The notes under the pieces were generated by a model. It did no database searches, was not told where the DNA came from, and saw only the letters and a list, made by a program, of their open reading frames with translations. A program made the position numbers and the translations under genes. A DNA stretch of 64,000 nucleotides from Oscillospiraceae bacterium (GTDB lineage: Bacteria > Bacillota > Clostridia > Oscillospirales > CAG-272): NCBI GenBank assembly GCA_015063545.1, contig SVTX01000001.1, forward strand, positions 1,842 through 65,841, given 5' to 3'. Below are positions 1-7,203 of the stretch, one piece after another (within the stretch, counting starts at the first letter, position 1; each line of letters starts with the position of its first letter).

Positions 1-2
1 AA

Positions 3-341
3 GCGATTCGCAACGTCTCAAGCCGAGAGGATATTTCGATATCTATTCAACGTTTTAGCCATATGGGGCAAGAAACTATTTATGAGCCGCACTTTGGCAG
101 ATACGCACATTTTACCAAAAGAGTTACTTTCTATTATTTTTCAACAGGTACCCAATGGAGACGTTACGACGTGCATAAGCATTATTCATGGAGCAAGGAA
201 TATTATATCAGCTCCAAAGGTCTTGAATATATATCTGTTGCAGGCGATGAATTTTATTACATCGAATTGCAAGGTCATCCGGACGTTGCATATATCTACC
301 CTTGTAAGAGCTTTGAGCTCGATGACAGTCTGAAAGAATAA
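3..341 (+). CDS. hypothetical Tyr-rich protein, C-terminal part (5' end probably outside the window)
   Basis: The frame of track ORF 63..341 has no stop back to base 3. TAA at 339-341 is followed by a hairpin terminator at 361-389. No family motif recognised. Confidence 0.35.
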   Translation, partial: AIRNVSSREDISISIQRFSHMGQETIYEPHFGRYAHFTKRVTFYYFSTGTQWRRYDVHKHYSWSKEYYISSKGLEYISVAGDEFYYIELQGHPDVAYIYPCKSFELDDSLKE

Positions 342-360
342 TTATCAATTTGTGGAAATA

Positions 361-389
361 AAACCGCACCCACAGATGGGTGCGGTTTT
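361..389. terminator. bidirectional rho-independent terminator between convergent genes
   Basis: Inverted repeat aaaccgcaccc / gggtgcggttt, with an A-run on one side and a T-run on the other. Confidence 0.6.
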
Positions 390-399
390 TGCCTTTTTG

Positions 400-424
400 G
401 ACGTCACCTTCAAGGTGACGTTTT
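400..424 (+). terminator. second hairpin plus T-run
   Basis: gacgtcacc ttcaa ggtgacgt followed by tttt. Confidence 0.35.
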
Positions 425-475
425 CATTATTCTTGTCTTTGATTATTCGAGTACCTGTGAACAAGCAAGCATACG

Positions 476-1012
476 TTAGCTCGTTTGTTTTTTCTTAACT
501 AATTTTTCAAGCAGCGCAATTGTCGGCACTATAAGAAGTCCCGCAGCGAGGTTGCCAAAAAAGTGCAATACGTCAAATACAAGCCCTGCGGATATCCAGG
601 CAAGTGTTTGCTCAAAGCTGAAATGAAACATCAGAGCTTGTACGGGTGCGTATAAAACGCCGAAAAATAATCCGTGGAGAGCGCAAATCGTGGGATATAC
701 TATAAGACATAACAGGCGGGGCATTTTTTTCGGGAGCAGCATAGTGATACCCCAAAGCACCGTCCATATATAGAGATAGGGAACCCACCATGCAGAAAAA
801 CCCGCAAAAATTCCGTTTAGCATTACGTATACGTATATAGGTATGAGAGCTTTCACTCTGAATACGACGGTATATGCTATAGTCAACATGCCGAGCAGGT
901 GTATATTTGGCAGAGCTTCCATGACTATTTTGGAGCAGAACATAAGTGCTCCGAGCATGGAAAATAACACCATTTCATAAATGCGTTGACGAGTCGTGCC
1001 TGTGCGTTTCAT
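476..1012 (-). CDS. small polytopic membrane protein, ECF-transporter S-component-like (possibly a CbrT-type B12-binding subunit)
   Basis: 178 aa with about six hydrophobic helices, the size and shape of ECF S components. It starts 3 nt after a DUF4430-like lipoprotein gene and sits behind a cobalamin-riboswitch-like leader. The call is by context, not alignment. Confidence 0.5.
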   Translation of the reverse strand: MKRTGTTRQRIYEMVLFSMLGALMFCSKIVMEALPNIHLLGMLTIAYTVVFRVKALIPIYVYVMLNGIFAGFSAWWVPYLYIWTVLWGITMLLPKKMPRLLCLIVYPTICALHGLFFGVLYAPVQALMFHFSFEQTLAWISAGLVFDVLHFFGNLAAGLLIVPTIALLEKLVKKKQTS

Positions 1013-1015
1013 ATA

Positions 1016-1429
1016 TTACTTCGTGTATTCGAGCTTGTATTTAGCACCCGCACTGATATCGGTGGTATCAACACCGCTCATAGCGTATTCGCCGTTTATG
1101 TAGAACGCCCAATAGCTCTGATCCTTGTCAAAATCGGCAGTTATGCCATTTACTGTTTTAAGGTAAAGTCCGTACTGAGAATCCTCGCCGTCAATGAGGT
1201 CATATTCTTTAAGTGCGTCACCAACGGTTTTCTTGTCGGTGTTTATTGTAAATGTGATGGATTCATCTCCCGCGGAGACTTCAACGTAAATGGTAGTCTC
1301 GCCCTTGCCGAATTCCTTGTCCTTACGGTAGGTCGCGTTTTCCCAAAGACCTTCTTTTGCAACCGTGTTGCAAGAAATGAGGGAGATGCAGATAATAATT
1401 AAAAGGGAAGCTGTCAGAATTTTTTTCAT
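1016..1429 (-). CDS. DUF4430-like secreted lipoprotein
   Basis: Start moved to ATG 1429 (GAAAGGA upstream), giving MKKILTASLLIIICISLISC with lipobox L-I-S-C. The C-terminal pattern TVGDALKE...YLKTVNGI...YWAFYINGEYAMSGVD...G.KY.LEY fits my recollection of DUF4430. Confidence 0.6.
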   Translation of the reverse strand: MKKILTASLLIIICISLISCNTVAKEGLWENATYRKDKEFGKGETTIYVEVSAGDESITFTINTDKKTVGDALKEYDLIDGEDSQYGLYLKTVNGITADFDKDQSYWAFYINGEYAMSGVDTTDISAGAKYKLEYTK

Positions 1430-1494
1430 AATTTTTATATCCTTTCTTTTTGAAGGGATAAAATAAAAGTACCCTTCCATGAGGGTACGTGTAT

Positions 1495-1745
1495 CGGCTC
1501 TGCCATGCCGAAAAAAGCCGGTATAACCGACTGCACATATCTCCTCAATTTGCCCAAGAGACTTTTATGTGTCACGAACCGATAAGCATTCCGACTTGGT
1601 TTGAAAGTATTGCTCTCAAAAGATACGGTAATGGCTGTTGCTGCGGATTCTCACCGCTATTTCCTTATCCCCGAACACATAATTCAGCTTATGTGCCCGA
1701 CAACGAGTTTCCTCAGATGATCCGTGTTTATTCCTTTGTGTCTAT
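1495..1745 (-). promoter_or_regulatory. candidate cobalamin riboswitch with terminator-type expression platform
   Basis: The minus strand reads ...cggggataaggaaatagcGGTGAGAATCCgcagcaacagccattaccgt... (core at 1625-1675). This resembles the GGGAA / GGUGnnAAnUCC / GCnACUGU core of RF00174. A B12-box-like aagtcggaatgc and a hairpin gtcggttataccggc + tttttt (about 1502-1535) follow. The match is imperfect. Confidence 0.45.
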
Positions 1746-1821
1746 TTTACATCAACAGCCGCCTTTTGTCAAGTGCAAAAAACAAAATCCGCTTGTGTAT
1801 GCAAGCGGATTTTAATGTAAC

Positions 1822-2520
1822 TTATCTGTTGAGAATAAGCTTTGTAAGCTCAACGGGCTCAACTATTGTGTCGCCCTTGTAAACTCTCATGTTACCCGAA
1901 GCGATCTCGTCAATGAGAACTACCTCGCCGTTGTTGTAGCCAAACTCAAACTTGATATCCCAAAGGTCAAGACCGATGGACGCAAGGTCGTCTGCAACTA
2001 TCTTTGTGATAGCGAGTGTTTGCTTTTTCATTTCAGCAAACATTTCGGGAGACATAACACCGAGGACTTCAAGTCCCTCGCCTGTTACAAGCGGATCGCC
2101 CTTTTCATCGTTTTTGAATGTGCACTCAACGTAACCGCCGGGGATGCGTGTGCCGTTCTTGATGTACTCGCCGTATCTGCGGATAAAGCTACCTGTAGCT
2201 ACGAGACGGCAAATAACCTCAAGTCCGCCGCCGCCCTGAGCCTTACCGAAGCACTCTGCGGGGAGAACTTCCATTGTTGCGTTGTCGATGTCAGCAGAAA
2301 CGTAGTGAGTTTTTATGCCCGCTGCCTTGAGAAGCTCAAAGTAGTGGATAGATGTCTGAAGATTAGCCTTACCGATACCCTCGATAGTGAGACCAACCGT
2401 GTTTTCGCCGGGATCGAACACTCCGTCTTTGCCTGTGCAATCGTCTTTGAACTTGAGCAGTACGTTTCCGTTTTCAAGCTCATATACGTCCTTTGTTTTA
2501 CCTGTGTAAAGCTTCTTCAT
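1822..2520 (-). CDS. purC: phosphoribosylaminoimidazole-succinocarboxamide synthase (SAICAR synthetase)
   Basis: 232 aa. [14 protein letters not shown]...LIDEI and the overall pattern are typical of PurC. Confidence 0.92.
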   Translation of the reverse strand: MKKLYTGKTKDVYELENGNVLLKFKDDCTGKDGVFDPGENTVGLTIEGIGKANLQTSIHYFELLKAAGIKTHYVSADIDNATMEVLPAECFGKAQGGGGLEVICRLVATGSFIRRYGEYIKNGTRIPGGYVECTFKNDEKGDPLVTGEGLEVLGVMSPEMFAEMKKQTLAITKIVADDLASIGLDLWDIKFEFGYNNGEVVLIDEIASGNMRVYKGDTIVEPVELTKLILNR

Positions 2521-2573
2521 GTTTTTTATACCTTCCTTTTATATCGCCGTGGGCGATGAAATATAACGTAATT

Positions 2574-2602
2574 ATTGTATCACAATTTTTTTTGATTGTA
2601 CA
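2574..2602 (-). promoter_or_regulatory. candidate extended -10 promoter for purC
   Basis: The minus strand has TGTGATACAAT (TGn + TACAAT) with a weak -35 TGTACA 17 nt upstream. T/A tracts lie upstream. Confidence 0.35.
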
Positions 2603-2653
2603 TACTTTTTTTGCAAAAAATCGAAAAAAATTTGCAAAAAATTCTGTGCAAAA

Positions 2654-3424
2654 TCACTCATTTGCCTCATCTGCGTACTGACGTATGCCCTCAAGCCGTC
2701 CCGTATCGCGAAATCCGTCAAGTTCACCGCGCGTTATTGCGCCGAAAATGCGGTATCTTAAGCCCTTGTTTTCTCTCTCCAGCGTTCGAAGCAGAGTTTT
2801 CATTTCTTCACGTTCGGTATTCTTGTCTGCAGGGCAGGGGGAGGAAAGTACGGGAAGAGAATTTTTTTTCGAGAATTCCGCCACGTCCTTTTCGGGCATG
2901 TATATCATGGGACGGATGACGTTCAGTCCCACGCGTGAAAGATAAGTCACGGGAGAGAAACAGCCAAGCCTGCCTTCAAAGAAAAGATTGAGCATAAAAG
3001 TCTCTACCACGTCGTCAAAATGATGTCCGAGTGCCACTGAAGTACAGCCAAGCTCCTTGGCGGCATTGTGAAGCGCACCGCGGCGCATTTTGGCGCACAG
3101 CGAGCAGGGATTTTTTTCTTGTCTGACTTCAAAAATTATCTTGTAAATTTCTGAAGGCACGACGTGATATTCCACGTCAAGCTCTCTGCAAAGCTCCGCT
3201 ATTGCTGAAAAATCCTGTCTGGGTTCAAATCCCATATCCACTGTGATGGCTATAAGCTCAAATTTTTTGGGATAAAATCTGCGGAGCGCCGCCATGGCGC
3301 ACAAAAGCGTCAGAGAATCCTTACCCGCGGATACACCGACAGCTATTTTGTCGCCTTCATTTATCATTGAATAATCGTCTATCGCTCTGCGCGTGTAGCT
3401 CAGAGCGCGTTTCATATTTTCCAT
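2654..3424 (-). CDS. PP-loop ATPase, TtcA-like tRNA 2-thiocytidine synthetase family
   Basis: SAGKDS PP-loop, CSLCAKMRRG, and C-terminal SPCP cysteines. 256 aa. Confidence 0.75.
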   Translation of the reverse strand: MENMKRALSYTRRAIDDYSMINEGDKIAVGVSAGKDSLTLLCAMAALRRFYPKKFELIAITVDMGFEPRQDFSAIAELCRELDVEYHVVPSEIYKIIFEVRQEKNPCSLCAKMRRGALHNAAKELGCTSVALGHHFDDVVETFMLNLFFEGRLGCFSPVTYLSRVGLNVIRPMIYMPEKDVAEFSKKNSLPVLSSPCPADKNTEREEMKTLLRTLERENKGLRYRIFGAITRGELDGFRDTGRLEGIRQYADEANE

Positions 3425-3445
3425 ATATTTTCCTTGTTGTTGGGA

Positions 3446-4216
3446 TTATTTTTTCTTCTCGATAAATTCCTCAAACGAGCAAGTATCGTATATTTTTCTT
3501 GCATCGTCGGACAGAATACTGTTTTTGCTGTCCTCCAAGCTGTCGGACAGATAAAGCGGGCGGTAAAGCTTATTACCCGAAGCGCCACCCTTTACAGCCT
3601 CGGTCAAAATCATTGATGGCGGAGCAGAGGGATACGCGTGAATGAAAATTATTACCTTGGGCTCGAGTTTGTTTTCTCGGAGAGCACACATGAGGTCTGC
3701 AAGTCTATCGGGACGCCAGACCGTGTAAAATTTACCGCCGTGTTTGAGAAGTCGGCGCGCACAGGCGCAAAAGTCGTTTATTTGACCGTAAACCTCGTGA
3801 CGTGCAATGAATTTTTCATCGTGCTCATTGCGTTTTCCGCTATCAATCTTCATATAAGGCGGATTTGAAAAAACGCAATCCAACTCGCCGCCAACATCCT
3901 CTGCTTTTATATTTCGCAGATCGGCGCATATTGGAGTTATTTTGTCATTCAAGTGATTTTCATCTGCGTTCTTTTCTATCAAAGCTGCAAATCTTTCCTG
4001 TATTTCAATGGCGTAAATGTGATTGAATTTTCCCTTGGATTGGCAGAGAAGTGATATTACTCCTGTTCCGCTTCCAAGATCTGCGGCCGATTGCTTTGAG
4101 CCCCCCTTCATATAAGCGGCAAGCATATATGCGTCGGTGCCGAACGTCAAGCCGTCGGTGCTCTGCGACAGAACGAGATTTTCATTTATTTGTAAAGATT
4201 TTGTTTTTGAAACCAT
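3446..4216 (-). CDS. SAM-dependent N6-adenine methyltransferase (TrmN6/YfiC-like)
   Basis: GSGTG SAM motif and NPPY catalytic motif (FSNPPYM). Start moved to ATG 4216 (GGAGAAAG RBS), because the longer track ORF runs through the ferredoxin gene. Confidence 0.75.
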   Translation of the reverse strand: MVSKTKSLQINENLVLSQSTDGLTFGTDAYMLAAYMKGGSKQSAADLGSGTGVISLLCQSKGKFNHIYAIEIQERFAALIEKNADENHLNDKITPICADLRNIKAEDVGGELDCVFSNPPYMKIDSGKRNEHDEKFIARHEVYGQINDFCACARRLLKHGGKFYTVWRPDRLADLMCALRENKLEPKVIIFIHAYPSAPPSMILTEAVKGGASGNKLYRPLYLSDSLEDSKNSILSDDARKIYDTCSFEEFIEKKK

Positions 4217-4275
4217 AACTTTCTCCGTACATAAAAGTAAACGCCGAGTCGAGGACTCGGCGTAAACTAAAGTAA

Positions 4276-4446
4276 TTATGCCTGAACGGGTGCTCCTACG
4301 GGGCAAGTGTCTGCACAGTTACCGCAGTCGATGCATGTATCTGCATCAATTACATAGATGCCGTCGCCTTCGCTGATAGCGTCAACGGGACAGTCAGCAG
4401 CGCATGCGCCACAACCGATGCAATCTTCAGTAATCTTGTAAGCCAT
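4276..4446 (-). CDS. 2x[4Fe-4S] ferredoxin, 56 aa (absent from the ORF track)
   Basis: Hand translation: MAYKITEDCIGCGACAADCPVDAISEGDGIYVIDADTCIDCGNCADTCPVGAPVQA. It has two CxxCxxCxxxCP motifs and a GGAGGAAAA RBS. Confidence 0.88.
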   Translation of the reverse strand: MAYKITEDCIGCGACAADCPVDAISEGDGIYVIDADTCIDCGNCADTCPVGAPVQA

Positions 4447-4480
4447 AGTATTTTCCTCCGTTAAAATATTTTACGTGTAC

Positions 4481-4509
4481 ATTGTATCACAAAAAAACAA
4501 TTATTTCAA
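4481..4509 (-). promoter_or_regulatory. sigma-A type promoter for the ferredoxin gene
   Basis: Minus strand: TTGAAA, 17 nt, then TACAAT preceded by TGn (tgtgatacaat). Confidence 0.5.
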
Positions 4510-4535
4510 CACTAAATTGAAATTTTTTAAAAAAA

Positions 4536-5588
4536 TTATTTTTCCTCTTTTTTCTCGGGGCGTGAAAGCACCTTAACGTCATTTCTGTTGTAGAGCTTGG
4601 GAGCCACGTCGGGCTGGTCGTTAAGTCTTACTTTGATGTTTCCCGCAAGCGGGATAACTTCTGTTACAACGCCTATTCCGTCAGCGGTTTTTACCACTGC
4701 GTCGACAGGGGGGGTTTTAGCGGTCTCCTCCTCGTACGTGGAATATTCATATTGCAAGCAGCACATAAGCCTTCCGCAACAACCGGATATTTTTCCGGAG
4801 TTGAGAGAGAGATTTTGCTCCTTTGCCATTTTTATGGATACCTGAACAAAGTCGGAAAGAAATGTTGAGCAGCAAAGCGGTCTGCCGCATGCTCCAAGCC
4901 CACCCATGAGCTTTGCCTCGTCTCTGATTCCTATTTGTCTGAGTTCAATTCTTGTTTTGAATACTCCGGCTAAGTCTTTTACAAGCTCACGGAAGTCCAC
5001 TCTGCCCGCACTTGTAAAATAGAACAGGAGCTTTGAGTTGTCGAATGTGTACTGGGCTTCTACCAGCTTCATGTCAAGCTCATGTTTCTGTATTTTTTCA
5101 AGACAGATCTTAAATGCTTCATCTTCCTTTAATTTGTTTTCATCATGATGCTTTTTGTCTTCCGGGGTTGCAAGACGGATAACGGGACGCAAGGGAAGCA
5201 CGAGCGACGTTTCGGGAACGGACTTGTCACCGAATGCGACCTCTCCAAACTCGGGACCGCGTGCGGTCTCAACTATTACGAACATGCCTTCCTTAAGCTG
5301 AAAATCCTTTTTGTCGAAAAAGTAAATTTTTCCGCTGGCCTTAAATCTTACACCTGCAACGGATATTCTTGGAGTATCATCGGTAACAACCGCAACCGAT
5401 GTTTCGTGTTCATTGGAGTAATCATCGGGCGCAAACATGTCCTCTTCGGGAGCTTGCGGCGCTTCGGATACTGTGGAAATGTTTTCCGCATTTTCCTGTG
5501 CTGTTGGATTCTTGCGTTTTTTATTGTAATAAGGTCTTTTTTTGCGCTTCTTGTTCTGATTATTTTCAAAATTGTTATTTGAGTTCAT
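4536..5588 (-). CDS. ricT: PSP1-domain protein RicT/YaaT with an N-terminal basic low-complexity extension
   Basis: VAGVRFKASGKIYFFD..., then the PSP1 C-terminal domain with Cys clusters GACGRPLCCSTFL and GCCGRLMCCL. About 77 extra N-terminal residues are rich in N, K and R. Confidence 0.82.
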   Translation of the reverse strand: MNSNNNFENNQNKKRKKRPYYNKKRKNPTAQENAENISTVSEAPQAPEEDMFAPDDYSNEHETSVAVVTDDTPRISVAGVRFKASGKIYFFDKKDFQLKEGMFVIVETARGPEFGEVAFGDKSVPETSLVLPLRPVIRLATPEDKKHHDENKLKEDEAFKICLEKIQKHELDMKLVEAQYTFDNSKLLFYFTSAGRVDFRELVKDLAGVFKTRIELRQIGIRDEAKLMGGLGACGRPLCCSTFLSDFVQVSIKMAKEQNLSLNSGKISGCCGRLMCCLQYEYSTYEEETAKTPPVDAVVKTADGIGVVTEVIPLAGNIKVRLNDQPDVAPKLYNRNDVKVLSRPEKKEEK

Positions 5589-5604
5589 AACTGTCCTTTC
5601 ATGA

Positions 5605-6636
5605 TCAGATAAGTTCTGAATTTTTTAACATATTTATCAAGGTCAAACGCACGTTTGCGTTTTTGTCAAGGTCTGAAATTGCTCCCTCTGTTGCTGAAAA
5701 CATACACAGTAGCTTTTTGGACGAAAAATGAGTTGAGAGCTCGCATGCTTTTTCTCTGTCCGAGTAAAAACAAAGAGGAGCATCCTCACTTTTTTTCAGT
5801 AATATAAGATCTCTCAGGGCATATTGAATGTAGGAAAGTCTGTCGCAGATCTCCTGTCTTTTTGTGCCGAGAGAAGATATTATCTCAAGTTTTTCGCTGT
5901 TGTGCTTACCCGATGTGAGATCTATGAATTCTCTTGCTATGCGGCGATTTTCAAGAACGCCTTTGCGCTTTTTTTGGTCGAGGAGAGAAATGGCATAACC
6001 TATGCTTCCGTCCGCAGCGCAGATAAGCTCATTGAATTCATTCTGAGAGGAAAACTTGAGCTGTGCAGCTTGAGGCTCATTTTCAATGATGTATTTTTCA
6101 ATGTCCGAAGCGGATATCTTTTCCATGCGAAGAATGGGGGCGCGGCTCTTGACTGTTTCAAGGAGCGCTGAGGAATTCTCGCATATAAGGAAGAAAAGCA
6201 CGTACTCCGGAGGCTCTTCGAGAGAAAGAAGAAATGCGTTTTGCGCTTGAATCGTCATAGCATCTGCGTCGTTTATGATATAGGCTTTTACACCAAGCTC
6301 TGTCGGCGGCAAATATATGTCGCCTTTGAGAAATCTGATAGCATCAACACCAATGCTGACCTTATCACCTTCAAGTCCTATATGAGTTATATCCGAGCAT
6401 CTGTTCTCAAGAATTTTCTTGCAGAATCTGCATTCTCCGCAAGGTATGGGCTTGTCTGATAAGCTCTTGTTTGCGCATGAAATTGCGGCTATGGTTCTTG
6501 TAGCCAAAGTATGTCTTCCGCTTCCTGTCGAGCCTTCTATAATGTAAGCATGAGCAAGGGTGTTACTGTTTATTGCGCGTGAAAGCGTGGAGCAGACGGC
6601 ATTATTGCCGATTATTGAATCAAATGCGTTTCTCAT
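5605..6636 (-). CDS. holB: DNA polymerase III subunit delta'
   Basis: AHAYIIEGSTGSGRHT P-loop-like region, a CGECRFC zinc module and an SRA-type motif (VKSRAPIL). It sits upstream of ricT, as in Bacillus. Confidence 0.82.
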   Translation of the reverse strand: MRNAFDSIIGNNAVCSTLSRAINSNTLAHAYIIEGSTGSGRHTLATRTIAAISCANKSLSDKPIPCGECRFCKKILENRCSDITHIGLEGDKVSIGVDAIRFLKGDIYLPPTELGVKAYIINDADAMTIQAQNAFLLSLEEPPEYVLFFLICENSSALLETVKSRAPILRMEKISASDIEKYIIENEPQAAQLKFSSQNEFNELICAADGSIGYAISLLDQKKRKGVLENRRIAREFIDLTSGKHNSEKLEIISSLGTKRQEICDRLSYIQYALRDLILLKKSEDAPLCFYSDREKACELSTHFSSKKLLCMFSATEGAISDLDKNANVRLTLINMLKNSELI

Positions 6637-6672
6637 ACCGTCCTCCTGTTTGCAAACAATTACACAAGATAC

Positions 6673-6701
6673 ATTATATCAAAAACAGTCCCTTTTGTCA
6701 A
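6673..6701 (-). promoter_or_regulatory. consensus sigma-A promoter for holB-ricT
   Basis: Minus strand: TTGACA, 17 nt, then TATAAT with TGn (tgatataat). Confidence 0.55.
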
Positions 6702-6740
6702 GGATTTAATGCGGCTTGTAAGAAATTCTCAATATGAGCA

Positions 6741-6773
6741 AAAAACTCACCGCCCACAAGGCGGTGAGTTTTG
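6741..6773 (-). terminator. rho-independent terminator after the CBS gene
   Basis: actcaccgcc cacaa ggcggtgagt, flanked by A and T runs. Confidence 0.65.
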
Positions 6774-6776
6774 TCT

Positions 6777-7175
6777 TTACGCTTTTTTCTTAGCAAAATA
6801 TTTTATCACTGCATGTCGTGTAACTATTCCCATAAACATGCCGCGATCGTCTACCACGGGAACGAAGTTATGATCGAGTATATTGGAAACGAGGTCATCC
6901 ATGGACGCGGTGATCCTTACGGAAAAATCTTCCTTGTGTACCGCTTCGTCAATGGTGATTGCCTCTAAGTCTCTCATGTCTATGGTGCCTATGTTAAACA
7001 GGCTGCGTAAAAAGTCACCTTCGCTTATAAATCCGGCATATTTGCCGTTTTCGTATATAACGGGCAGGGCGGTATATCCGTGGCGTCTCAGTTTTTCAAG
7101 TCCTTGGCGCATACTGTCGCCCATTGTAAGATATGCAACGTTGTTTTTAGGTGTGAGAAAAAACGCAACATTCAT
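6777..7175 (-). CDS. CBS-pair domain protein
   Basis: Start moved to ATG 7175 (MNVAFFLTPK...), because the longer ORF overlaps the end of the upstream gene. Two CBS-like halves (TALPV...G.IS..D; FVPVVDDRGMFMGIVTRH). Confidence 0.7.
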   Translation of the reverse strand: MNVAFFLTPKNNVAYLTMGDSMRQGLEKLRRHGYTALPVIYENGKYAGFISEGDFLRSLFNIGTIDMRDLEAITIDEAVHKEDFSVRITASMDDLVSNILDHNFVPVVDDRGMFMGIVTRHAVIKYFAKKKA

Positions 7176-7203
7176 ATAAAATCTGTTCCTTTTCTGAAAT
7201 GTT

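Noticed and set aside
2521-2600. A purine riboswitch or PurBox was expected upstream of purC.
   Set aside because: The leader is only about 45 nt, with one small hairpin (atcgcc cac ggcgat). No purine-riboswitch three-way junction sequence and no PurR-type box is recognisable.
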